From positions 1 to 62,733 of the IMG/VR virus record IMGVR_UViG_3300023115_000020: 62,733 nt of DNA, one strand, 5' to 3'. Under the pieces are notes generated by a model, which had not been told where the DNA came from, did not search any database, and was given only the letters and a program-made list of their open reading frames with translations. Below, one piece after another: positions 7,561 through 16,601 of this stretch. Numbering within the stretch: the first letter of the stretch is position 1; every line of letters begins with the position of its first letter. The DNA comes from a virus. Its lineage: Duplodnaviria; Caudoviricetes. The position numbers and the translations under genes are program-made.

Positions 7561-10257
7561 TTAGTCTCCAAAGTCAAACAAACTGTTGAATGTAGTGTTT
7601 TGCTTAGTATCTTCTAAGTCATAATCTAGTACACCAATTAGGTTATCTAACTTATTATCAATAATGGTACTTTCCATTGCGTCTCCGTCAAATGGAAGTT
7701 CCTTAAACCATTCAGGTAGTCTTAGCTCATCTGTTGGATAAGCAACACTCGTATATCCTAAAGGGTTTTGTTTTAACTTACAAACAATAACTTTCATACC
7801 GTCAACGATTTCTTGCGAATACTTGTCGCCATTCATACGTTTTAGTGTATTCCAATTAATACTTGCTCTTACATGTCCGGGCATATTTGCTTTACCTTGT
7901 TTCTTTTCAAGTCGCTCATAATGCCCGATTTTATTTGCACGTTTGGGAGAACCTTTTTCAAATCCCGGACGTTCTTTAAAGTCCTTACGGAATTGTGTAA
8001 TACGCTCGAGTACTTCTTTTTCTGTTGCATCTGTAAGTACCATAAGCAATACTTCGCTCAAAAACTCTTGCATAAACACAGGAGTATCAGAACGTCTAAG
8101 GTCTAATCCCATTGCTTTTACTTTACCAGGTTTTCCGTCTACGTCTGTACGGAAACCTTCGTTGTCAATTACTAAAGCCGCATAACGCTTCTTAGTAATA
8201 TACAAACCGCTTTGTGCTACAATTTCTCTACCTGCGGCAATAACATCTGAACGTGTCTTTGGACAGTGAAATGCCTTTGCCATAAAGTCGCCGAACGTTG
8301 TATTTGCTTGCTCTGCAACTTGATCGTATAATGTAATGCACTTTTCAATGCTCCACTCAAGGTTACCACTTTCAATATCATCTTTTAACACAGGATACGC
8401 ACTAAAATAAACGGAGTCTGTATCACCGTAAATGACTGCTTTACCTACGTGATCATATTCGCCTGTAATAACTTTGTTAACCTCAGCACTCATGTGCTTA
8501 ACAATTTGTCTACCTGTTAGTGTTGTAGATTGTCCTATACGTTTGTCAAAAAATCTGCAACCAGGATTAAGAATGGCCCCATAAAGAGAGTTAAGATTAA
8601 TTTTCTTAACAAGTTGACGTTTGTCCCAAAATGCAGTTTCAATAGCATTGCCTGCTTCTTTTGCTTTCTTAAGTTGTTTTTGTAGATCCTTACGTTCTGC
8701 ATACCAGCGTTTTAAGATACCAGGTATCACTCCTTCAAATTCTGTAGTAAATATTGTACCGTTAGCACTTAGCATCCACGGCATATGTGAATCAAATATA
8801 AGTTGATGAATTTCTGCACCACTTAGTACATCTGAACGTCCATCTTCCCAGTCAACCGTTAGTGCAATATCTTTGCGTTTCTCCATAACTGCTTCGTATT
8901 CTTCTGTTGCAAAACGTCCTTCCCAGCTACCTGCAAATGATTTCTTTTTAAGAGTCATATCTTCATGTACACGAGAATCTGTTATCTCTGGACGTAGTTG
9001 TCCAATAATAGTTTCCGGAGCCATATTCAACGCACGAATTACTGACGGATACAGTGAGTTCAAGTCCATTGAGCCGATGTACTTGTGCAAACCTTTCTTA
9101 GGAAACGCAACATAAGCACCTGCGGCTTGTGTGTTTTCGTCATCACGTTTTGGACGATTAGGAACTTGTAAGCCTCTGTGATGTGCCTCGTTAATGATTG
9201 CTTGCTCAGTAACAGCAACAGCACCCATTGTTGTTTGTAACAATACAGTGTTTGCGTGAGCAAGTTCGTTGCTCAAATCAATAAATCGTAGTTTCTTGTC
9301 TAGTTTGTCAAGTAGTGCAACGTCTTGTCTGTTATATTCAATAAACGTTTCAAAGTCATTGTTATATAATTGATCAAGTGTACCTTCATAAACAGTTTTA
9401 TTTTCGCCTACTTCTAATTCACCGATAGCATCTAATCGATATGTATGCCTTTCTTCATATGTATATTTGCGATACAGTTCAAGCGAGTCTAAATGCACAC
9501 GACCCACAAAATCATAAGTTTCGGCAGTTTTTCCATATTTTTCATATTCACGTTTCTTAGGTAGTTGTCCCCACAAGCAGAAACGTCTTGTGTCATCTTT
9601 GCTTAGTACACGCTGGATACGGTTTACAGTGTAAGGAACATCGTACCCTTCTGAGTTCCAACCACTTTGTACATCTGCATCTTCAATCAAATCAAGAAAA
9701 GCAAGTAACATTTGTTTTTCACCGTTACCTTCTTCGTCATTGGTAAACAGAATAACTTCGTCACCCCAACGCTGTTTACACATAGCAACAGCATCTTCAT
9801 GTTTCATACCTTTAGGCGGAACTGCTAGTGTAATCAACGCACTGTCTAGCCATTGCAAACATACAGTAATAGCAGTAATTGGCATAAACGGATCACTAGG
9901 ATCAGCAAAGCCTCGTTCTGGATCAAAGTCTGTCTCAATATCCCAAAACGCAATGTTTAGTTTAGGTGCGTCTTGGTTGAGATAGTTTTCACTTAGACAT
10001 TGGAAGATTGGATTAATGTCGCTTTCAAACAAGTCCTTGCCTTTGTTAATAGCAACTTCTTTACGAAAATCTTTTGTGTTTTTACAAACAATTCTATTAA
10101 GTGGATCACCGTAAACACTTTTATATTTTCCACGAGGATCTTTGTAATAGAATGTGTATTTTGCAGGATACTCTGTGTAATGTCTTTTGCCGTCGCGACG
10201 CTCTACGACACGAATAATGTCTTGGTCTCGATCAAACATTGCATCTACATAAGGCAT
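7561..10257 (-). CDS. polB: DNA polymerase family B
   Basis: Exo I DIET; DLNSLYPS, KKINLNSLYG, YGDTDS and KKRY motifs; acidic/aromatic C-terminal LFDF clamp-binding-like tail. Confidence 0.97.
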   Translation of the reverse strand: MPYVDAMFDRDQDIIRVVERRDGKRHYTEYPAKYTFYYKDPRGKYKSVYGDPLNRIVCKNTKDFRKEVAINKGKDLFESDINPIFQCLSENYLNQDAPKLNIAFWDIETDFDPERGFADPSDPFMPITAITVCLQWLDSALITLAVPPKGMKHEDAVAMCKQRWGDEVILFTNDEEGNGEKQMLLAFLDLIEDADVQSGWNSEGYDVPYTVNRIQRVLSKDDTRRFCLWGQLPKKREYEKYGKTAETYDFVGRVHLDSLELYRKYTYEERHTYRLDAIGELEVGENKTVYEGTLDQLYNNDFETFIEYNRQDVALLDKLDKKLRFIDLSNELAHANTVLLQTTMGAVAVTEQAIINEAHHRGLQVPNRPKRDDENTQAAGAYVAFPKKGLHKYIGSMDLNSLYPSVIRALNMAPETIIGQLRPEITDSRVHEDMTLKKKSFAGSWEGRFATEEYEAVMEKRKDIALTVDWEDGRSDVLSGAEIHQLIFDSHMPWMLSANGTIFTTEFEGVIPGILKRWYAERKDLQKQLKKAKEAGNAIETAFWDKRQLVKKINLNSLYGAILNPGCRFFDKRIGQSTTLTGRQIVKHMSAEVNKVITGEYDHVGKAVIYGDTDSVYFSAYPVLKDDIESGNLEWSIEKCITLYDQVAEQANTTFGDFMAKAFHCPKTRSDVIAAGREIVAQSGLYITKKRYAALVIDNEGFRTDVDGKPGKVKAMGLDLRRSDTPVFMQEFLSEVLLMVLTDATEKEVLERITQFRKDFKERPGFEKGSPKRANKIGHYERLEKKQGKANMPGHVRASINWNTLKRMNGDKYSQEIVDGMKVIVCKLKQNPLGYTSVAYPTDELRLPEWFKELPFDGDAMESTIIDNKLDNLIGVLDYDLEDTKQNTTFNSLFDFGD

Positions 10258-11757
10258 TTATTTTCCCTCGTACCAAGATTGTAAAAATTCATAATGATTT
10301 GGAAATGTTGCTTTACACAAATCAGTTTGTTTTTGTTTGCTTTCAATAAAATATTTCAAATACATATCTTCCTCAGGAGTATTTTTTTCAGCATCAATGT
10401 AGCCGCCACCAGCATGTATCATACTCCACCATTGTACACTCGAAAACATACTTTGTCTAGTTAAAAACATGATAGGTTTTGGATATGGATAATAGGTACT
10501 AATAATATTAATACAATCATCAGGTAGATCTTTAAGAGTTTTATTTCTTATTGCCTGCCAGTACATTGTATCTTTCTTATTACTAAAGAAATAGTGTGCA
10601 AAGATAAAAGAAAGTATTTCAATATTCAACCCGTAATATGATTGATTGATTGCATCTTTAACTTCGTCGCTCCAATTACCTTGAGACATCTGTATAAAGT
10701 GTACAAATGCTCTAACAATACTTGTAGTAAATGTAATACCTGTTGCTTCTAAAGGTTCCACAAATCCTGCACTTAGTCCTACAGCAAGGACATTTTTAAC
10801 TGCAACTCTTTGATGGGTTCCACATTTCATTTTTAAATGTTTTGCTGGAGCATCGTATTCGCCTAAAGCATCACGTAATTCTTTTTCTGCTTCTTCTGGT
10901 GTAATAAAGTTTGAACTGTATACATAGCCGTTACCAATACGGTCATAGACAGGGATAGTCCATCTCCATCCTGCATTCATAGCAGTTGCTTTTGTATAAG
11001 GGTGACATTCTGTTTTAGGATCTGTGTATTGAGTTTGTAGTGCAACAGCACTATCGTTTGGCAACCAAGTTTTAAAAGAAATAAATTCTTCTTTTAGTTC
11101 ATTTTCTAATAGAAGACTTTCAAAACCTGTACAGTCAATATACAAGTCTGCTTCGTAAATAGTACCTTCTTTGTCTTTGAGGAATGAAATACCATTAACG
11201 TCACTTCTAATATCTACAATTTCTGTATCTACATATGTAATTCTATTAAGGATAAGTTTTTTAATACAATCAATAATTTTATATGCATCAAAATGTACAG
11301 CACCAAATCCTTCAGGTCCAGTATTAAAGTTACAATCTAAATCTTTTGTAAGTTTTGGGCTAATATTGTTTTCTGCTAGTTGATAAGCAGGATACCAATC
11401 TAAAAACTCTTTATAGGATTTGTCTGCAAAATGCTTGTTAGCAAATAAATCAGGAGTAGCAAGATAGTTTATTGGATCATCGTTATCTACAAAATAAGGC
11501 TCGTCATTCCAGCCTTCTAGTTTAACTCCGTGCTTAAATGTTGCATTACTAGCAGGCATCCATTCATGCGGCTGTAGTCCACATTCATAAAGGAAACTAG
11601 CAGTTGCAGGTTGAGTTCCTTCACCTACGCCAATTGGACCTTTTTTGCTATCTTCAATTAAGCAAATTTTTACTTGTTCAGGGAGATTATTAGTTAGATA
11701 TGCGGCAGTCAACCAACCACTGGTTCCGCCACCAAAGACGATTATTTTTTCTATCAT
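10258..11757 (-). CDS. flavin-dependent tryptophan halogenase family protein
   Basis: GGGTSG, IGVGEGT, ATFK, WRWTIP (WxWxIP), FVEPLEATG. Confidence 0.9.
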   Translation of the reverse strand: MIEKIIVFGGGTSGWLTAAYLTNNLPEQVKICLIEDSKKGPIGVGEGTQPATASFLYECGLQPHEWMPASNATFKHGVKLEGWNDEPYFVDNDDPINYLATPDLFANKHFADKSYKEFLDWYPAYQLAENNISPKLTKDLDCNFNTGPEGFGAVHFDAYKIIDCIKKLILNRITYVDTEIVDIRSDVNGISFLKDKEGTIYEADLYIDCTGFESLLLENELKEEFISFKTWLPNDSAVALQTQYTDPKTECHPYTKATAMNAGWRWTIPVYDRIGNGYVYSSNFITPEEAEKELRDALGEYDAPAKHLKMKCGTHQRVAVKNVLAVGLSAGFVEPLEATGITFTTSIVRAFVHFIQMSQGNWSDEVKDAINQSYYGLNIEILSFIFAHYFFSNKKDTMYWQAIRNKTLKDLPDDCINIISTYYPYPKPIMFLTRQSMFSSVQWWSMIHAGGGYIDAEKNTPEEDMYLKYFIESKQKQTDLCKATFPNHYEFLQSWYEGK

Positions 11758-11832
11758 TTTTCCTCTCGTTGCTTATGGCCAACTTAACCTTCTTCTTGCT
11801 CGACTATTGTCATTGAGCGTTATTAATATTTA

Positions 11833-12114
11833 CTAGATCCAACCCATTGCTCGACTAAATCCGAGCACGTTAACACATGCAAAATATGATGTTAACACTA
11901 ATGGCCAGGCAAGTGTGCGTCTATAGTAAGCATATACTGCTGTACACGAACCTATAAAAAATCCCGGGTACACGTATCTCATATCAGGACTGTCTGCATT
12001 TAGTGCAAGTGTTAGACTAGCAGCAATCGTAAAGACTGTGCTAATCATTTCAAATGCAAATGCTATCTTGTCACTGTCATATGAGCTTTTAAAAAATTTC
12101 CTTATAGGATCCAT
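11833..12114 (-). CDS. small membrane protein
   Basis: 93 aa with three hydrophobic segments. Confidence 0.7.
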   Translation of the reverse strand: MDPIRKFFKSSYDSDKIAFAFEMISTVFTIAASLTLALNADSPDMRYVYPGFFIGSCTAVYAYYRRTLAWPLVLTSYFACVNVLGFSRAMGWI

Positions 12115-12374
12115 TATTTGTCGTAACCAAGTGTAGTAATTAATGTTTCAAGATCGTCATAGGCATCAGCATGTTGTGCCCAATCACGTTTTTGTGCAAT
12201 TTTGATTGCCTTGTTGATAAGACTTGGCTTAATATCCATTTCTTCTGCAACAGCCTTTACAGTTTCTTTTAAGCCTGTTTGTAAATCTTCAACTTCTTGT
12301 AATACAGTTACGCCCTCACGGACAAGGCGTTCTAGTTTGGCTTTTTCGTCAGCCCCGTAGGTTCTGCTACTCAT
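12114..12374 (-). CDS. T4 DsbA/GapR-like dsDNA-binding protein
   Basis: Helical pattern LERLV...EDLQTGLKETVKAVAEE.DIKPSLINKAIKI. Confidence 0.6.
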   Translation of the reverse strand: MSSRTYGADEKAKLERLVREGVTVLQEVEDLQTGLKETVKAVAEEMDIKPSLINKAIKIAQKRDWAQHADAYDDLETLITTLGYDK

Positions 12375-12402
12375 ATTAAACTCCTATGTTAGTTTAATTT
12401 AT

Positions 12403-12431
12403 ATTATAGTGGAATTTTGTCTAGAAGTCAA
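12403..12431 (-). promoter_or_regulatory. sigma70-type promoter
   Basis: TTGACT-17nt-TATAAT. Confidence 0.8.
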
Positions 12432-12440
12432 CCTAAAAAA

Positions 12441-13046
12441 TTAATTTTTAAGCTGATATTTGGCTAGTTCTGCATAAAGTCTATCTTTAATAGACTCATC
12501 TTTTTTGGCATTTTTAGTTGCAGTTGCATACATAACTGCTTCGGCATCTTTGCCGTAACGTTTCTTAAAGTCGTCTTTGTTCTTTTTCATGCCTTTGACA
12601 TACTTTTCACGTTTCTTTTCTTCGCCTTTAGTAAGTGAACGTTCGGCTAGTAATTCTTCTAGTTGTGCTACTCTTGCTTCTAGCGCAGCAATTCGATCTT
12701 CTGAACTTTCGCCAACTAGTTTATCTTTTAATGGGTGTGGTTGCTCACCTGTATGACTTGGTTTAGACATTTTAGGCATAGGGTCTTTACCTTTTGCCTG
12801 TCCTGCACTGCCAGTTTTTTGTTTACCTTCTGTAATAACACCTGCTAGTGCAGCAAAGTCGCTTACAGAATAATTTTTATCTAATTGTAACGAACCTTCT
12901 GCAACTTCGTAACTTTCTGCTATTGGTTGCGTAACTTCTGGTGCAGGAGTATTACCTTGTAAAGCCGCCACCATTTTAGCTTTATCTTCAGCAGGGTCAG
13001 TTGGTTCAATATTAAAAAGTTTTTTCTGTAATGCGTGAAAATCCAT
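12441..13046 (-). CDS. hypothetical protein, probable virion internal protein
   Basis: Start placed at MDFHAL just after the upstream stop; charged, LAGVITE motif. Confidence 0.65.
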   Translation of the reverse strand: MDFHALQKKLFNIEPTDPAEDKAKMVAALQGNTPAPEVTQPIAESYEVAEGSLQLDKNYSVSDFAALAGVITEGKQKTGSAGQAKGKDPMPKMSKPSHTGEQPHPLKDKLVGESSEDRIAALEARVAQLEELLAERSLTKGEEKKREKYVKGMKKNKDDFKKRYGKDAEAVMYATATKNAKKDESIKDRLYAELAKYQLKN

Positions 13047-13047
13047 A

Positions 13048-14229
13048 TTACTTGCCGCCACCGCCGCTAGTGCTTTTAACTGGTTTAATACTTTTTGCTT
13101 TAATATTTTTTGCATCTATTTTTGATGGTGATGTAGGAGGAGTTACTGTACCTTCTAGTTTTTTTGCAAGTTTTTCAGCAATACTTTTTTTGTAAGCGTC
13201 TGTACTTTCTTTTTTTGATTTAGCAGCATGTACTGCTTTACGTTGTGCATCGTTTTTGTACTTGCCTTCTTTCATTGCTTTGTTCTTTTCGTAGCAATCG
13301 CAATGAGGACAGTCTGGACCACATGAACACTCAGTTACTGGTTTACCACAGCACTCTTCTGGACACATTTCAACGCCTTCGTTCATGCCTTCACCAAACT
13401 TCATATCGTAGTCTAGGTTGTGATATACTGAACCAATGTAGTCAGCTGCTTTAGTAATCTTTGCTTGCTGCCAACCTTCTAGTCCTTGCTCTTCTGATAC
13501 ACCTTTTAGCATATCATGTAATTTAATAGCATACTTAGCAATCTTGTAAAGATCAGCTCTAGCCATTTGTACTTCGTGATCAGCTTCTGCTCTGCCAGCT
13601 AGATCAGCTAATCCTTCTTTCATTGCTTTGCTCATAATGTTTTCCTTTGTCTTTCCAGCATCGGATCCTTTCTCTGGAGAGTATTTCCAATCCTGACCGT
13701 TAACTTGCGTTATATTATCTCTATCAATTGCAAATACAGCACCTTTCTTTTTAAGTTGTATTTGCAAATCGCCTTGTTTATCTCTAGTATCTAGTAACTT
13801 AGTTACTTCACCGTCTTTAGTTTTCCCAGCAGCATTTTTATAAACTATAGCATCACCAGGTTTAACTTTTACGTAGTTACCTCCTGAAATGCCTGACGGA
13901 AAGTCGTCTTTTGCTTTCGGCTCTGCTGCTTTCGGCTCGACTGCTTTTGGCTCGACTGCTTTAGGTTCTGGAGCAGGCTTGCCTTTTTCTGTAGGTTTAG
14001 TAGCATCTGCAGGTTTTTTTGTAACTACTGTGTTTTTTGTCTTTTTAACATCAGGCTTAGGCTTGTCCTTTTTAGGATCGTCACCTGGTTTAGTAAAAAA
14101 GTTTTTAATAAACTGTTCAGCAGAATCAGGACCTATCGCTCCACCTTTTTGTGTAGCATTAAATCCTTTTGCAAGAGATCTACCAAATCTAGTTCTTTCT
14201 TTTTCGCTTATGATGTTTCTAATACGCAT
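13048..14229 (-). CDS. hypothetical Lys-rich modular protein
   Basis: 393 aa, PKAVE repeats, Cys-rich insert, preceded by ATAAATA. Confidence 0.7.
   Translation of the reverse strand: MRIRNIISEKERTRFGRSLAKGFNATQKGGAIGPDSAEQFIKNFFTKPGDDPKKDKPKPDVKKTKNTVVTKKPADATKPTEKGKPAPEPKAVEPKAVEPKAAEPKAKDDFPSGISGGNYVKVKPGDAIVYKNAAGKTKDGEVTKLLDTRDKQGDLQIQLKKKGAVFAIDRDNITQVNGQDWKYSPEKGSDAGKTKENIMSKAMKEGLADLAGRAEADHEVQMARADLYKIAKYAIKLHDMLKGVSEEQGLEGWQQAKITKAADYIGSVYHNLDYDMKFGEGMNEGVEMCPEECCGKPVTECSCGPDCPHCDCYEKNKAMKEGKYKNDAQRKAVHAAKSKKESTDAYKKSIAEKLAKKLEGTVTPPTSPSKIDAKNIKAKSIKPVKSTSGGGGK
13912..13970. repeat. imperfect 15-bp coding tandem repeat (EPKAV x~4)
   Basis: tgctttcggctcgac-like units encoding EPKAVEPKAVEPKAAEPKA. 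Confidence 0.8.
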
Positions 14230-14236
14230 AATGTAT

Positions 14237-14614
14237 TTATCGCTTTATTGTTTTGCCGCCCATTAAATTATTATCTATATCTAATGCGTTTTTTGCTGTA
14301 CCGTCTGAATTTTTCTTTTGTGGCGCTTCTGGAGCACCATATTTACCACGCTTTTTAGGTTTAAAATGTGCAGATGGAGGATTTGCTACACTTGCAATAT
14401 TTCCAGCACTAGTAGCACCGGCAGTAGCATCTTCATCAAACTTTGCTCGTTGTGCCGCAAGTTGTAAACGCTTTGTATTAATTGCTTTTTCTGTTTCTTT
14501 ATCCATTTGTCCAGACTTGCGTATATCACGCTCTAAATCGTCTAGATCTTTTTGATGTCTACGATTTTTTTCTTGGTCTGTTTCTGCTTCGTTGATTAAG
14601 TCTAATAGTTTCAT
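14237..14614 (-). CDS. hypothetical protein
   Basis: 125 aa, MKLLDLINE N-terminus, EDATAGATSAGNIASV motif. Confidence 0.7.
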   Translation of the reverse strand: MKLLDLINEAETDQEKNRRHQKDLDDLERDIRKSGQMDKETEKAINTKRLQLAAQRAKFDEDATAGATSAGNIASVANPPSAHFKPKKRGKYGAPEAPQKKNSDGTAKNALDIDNNLMGGKTIKR

Positions 14615-16383
14615 TTTCTACCTGCCTTCATGTTAGCACACCAGTGATACATTTTACCTTTCTCACCACTATACTTTTTTGCTTTCTTACGTAAACTAGT
14701 TACACTTCCGCTACAACTAGCACCAGCCTTTTTGACTCTACCAGGTCGGCTTTTACCCTTTTCCTTACCGTCGGCAAAATTTTCGTTTTTCTTTTTGCCA
14801 GCGCAATGCGCCTTTTGACTGAAACCTTTTGGGTTTGAGCAGTTAATACTATCTTTGTACTTTTTACTCCAACCTTCGTCTAGCATATTTTCAAGCACAT
14901 CATCTGCCATATGCACACGAGCATACTCTGCACCTGTTAAACGTAGTGCATCGTATCTGTGATGTCCATTTACAATACGTCCTTTTCGATCAATCTGTAT
15001 TGGCTCATAGTCATCATTTAATACTTTAACTAATTGTTTACCTAGTTTGTTCCATTGACGTTCGCTTTGTACACTTTTAAGTTTGTCTAATTTAATCTTA
15101 CCAATTGGTCCAAACTGCTTTAATTGTGGAGGTGCTTTACCGCCTGTAGGTTTTTCATCATAGTGAAAATCTTTATAACCACCAGCATCTTGTACTTTAT
15201 ATCCTATGCGCTTTAACTGCTTCATAAGATATTTCATTTCTTTTTTGCCTGCATACGGAGCAACAACTATATCTGGTTCGTCTACATTAGAATCTGCTGG
15301 CATTGCTTTTAGGTTAGCCATATTAGTGCCTAATTTTATAAAATCGTATTCACCATCGGCTTTAACAACAAAAGAATTTTCAGGATTTTTAAATAGATTA
15401 CCTTCTTCTACAGGTTCTTGCATATGCTGTTTAATTGCTTTTGCTGTGCGCTCAAACTTATGATCTTTGTGCTTAAATCCAATACCACCTGCTGCTTCCC
15501 ATTTGCCAATGTTAACACCGTAATCGTCAATTAGTATGTTAGGTGTACCGTCTGCTTGTGTAGCATACTTTGCTTTATCATGTGTAATGATTACATCTGC
15601 CGGAGGGAAGAAACCTAAGTGTTTTTTAATCCATTCGTGCTTGTGTGGTTCTGAATTAGGATCACCTGGTAACGGTGAACTTAATATTTTATATTCACCT
15701 TTTACTTTTTTAATTAATCCTAATAAACCTTTTGCATTATCTGTTAATGGTAAGTTAAGCCAAAAGTCTTCTGTATCTTTAATTTTTTGTAAACCTGCTT
15801 CTACGTCTTTAATATCACGGAAGCTATCTACACCCATTAGTTTAGCCCAGTCGCCGAAGAAGTCTGCAAGCACACCATCCATGTCTACATAAATTTCTGT
15901 AGCACTTGCAATTTCACCTAGTGCTTCTTCTAAGTCTGTTAGATTGTCTATTGCTTTTGGACCGTCTGGGTGTTTAGGATTTATTACAACAGTTTCACCG
16001 TTCATTAGTTCACTAATGTTTGCTGCCTTACCTAAACTATCTAGCAGTCTATGTAATTTATCTTTAGGATCGTAGCCGCCACTTTCGTATCCACTCTTAC
16101 CACGAACTTCTACACGGTTTTTACCTTTTTCTTTTATGTGTAAAATATCGTAGTCGTCGCCACGTTCAAACTTAATAGCAACACTTTCAGTAAGTCCTAG
16201 GTTAAACAATACATTTGTTGATTTGCCTTTTACTTTTGTACTGAGTGTAGGTGGCTTACCGTCTTTGTCTACTTTAAAGCCAAACTTTGCTGCTTCAATA
16301 GGAATTTGTCCAACACCTACATCTACTGTGGTATTAACTCCCTTTACAATTCTGCCGTATTCGTATAGTTGACGCAATCTCAT
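14611..16383 (-). CDS. multidomain protein: HAD 5'(3')-deoxyribonucleotidase-like + ParB/Srx-like domain
   Basis: VDMDGVLADF...ILSS...K...LIDD HAD motifs; PIQID...IVNGHHRY ParB-like motif. Confidence 0.75.
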   Translation of the reverse strand: MRLRQLYEYGRIVKGVNTTVDVGVGQIPIEAAKFGFKVDKDGKPPTLSTKVKGKSTNVLFNLGLTESVAIKFERGDDYDILHIKEKGKNRVEVRGKSGYESGGYDPKDKLHRLLDSLGKAANISELMNGETVVINPKHPDGPKAIDNLTDLEEALGEIASATEIYVDMDGVLADFFGDWAKLMGVDSFRDIKDVEAGLQKIKDTEDFWLNLPLTDNAKGLLGLIKKVKGEYKILSSPLPGDPNSEPHKHEWIKKHLGFFPPADVIITHDKAKYATQADGTPNILIDDYGVNIGKWEAAGGIGFKHKDHKFERTAKAIKQHMQEPVEEGNLFKNPENSFVVKADGEYDFIKLGTNMANLKAMPADSNVDEPDIVVAPYAGKKEMKYLMKQLKRIGYKVQDAGGYKDFHYDEKPTGGKAPPQLKQFGPIGKIKLDKLKSVQSERQWNKLGKQLVKVLNDDYEPIQIDRKGRIVNGHHRYDALRLTGAEYARVHMADDVLENMLDEGWSKKYKDSINCSNPKGFSQKAHCAGKKKNENFADGKEKGKSRPGRVKKAGASCSGSVTSLRKKAKKYSGEKGKMYHWCANMKAGRK

Positions 16384-16601
16384 TTTTTCTTACGTCCTCT
16401 AAATTGTACAGGTCCTGTCATAAATGGTTTTGAAAACCATAACTTAAACCAATCAGGATCACCAGGTTTTAATCCTAAATCTCTTTCTCTTTGCTTAAGA
16501 GCAGTTGCAGTTTCACTAGGATTTTCATCTATTTGATAAGCAGTATACCCTTTAAATTCATTTACGCCAGCAAGTTTTTTAATGTATTCAAGTTCATCCA
16601 T
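16380..16601 (-). CDS. hypothetical protein
   Basis: 73-aa ORF coupled to both neighbours; IKKLAGVNE. Confidence 0.7.
   Translation of the reverse strand: MDELEYIKKLAGVNEFKGYTAYQIDENPSETATALKQRERDLGLKPGDPDWFKLWFSKPFMTGPVQFRGRKKK

Noticed and set aside
7561-10257. Intein or intron in polB
   Set aside because: 898 aa with normally spaced motifs; no splicing or homing-endonuclease signatures.
13047-13115. Extended N-termini in the ORF track (e.g. ends at 13115, 18120, 25202, 27668, 53329)
   Set aside because: They overlap upstream genes or promoters; downstream ATGs with better RBS or coupling were used instead.
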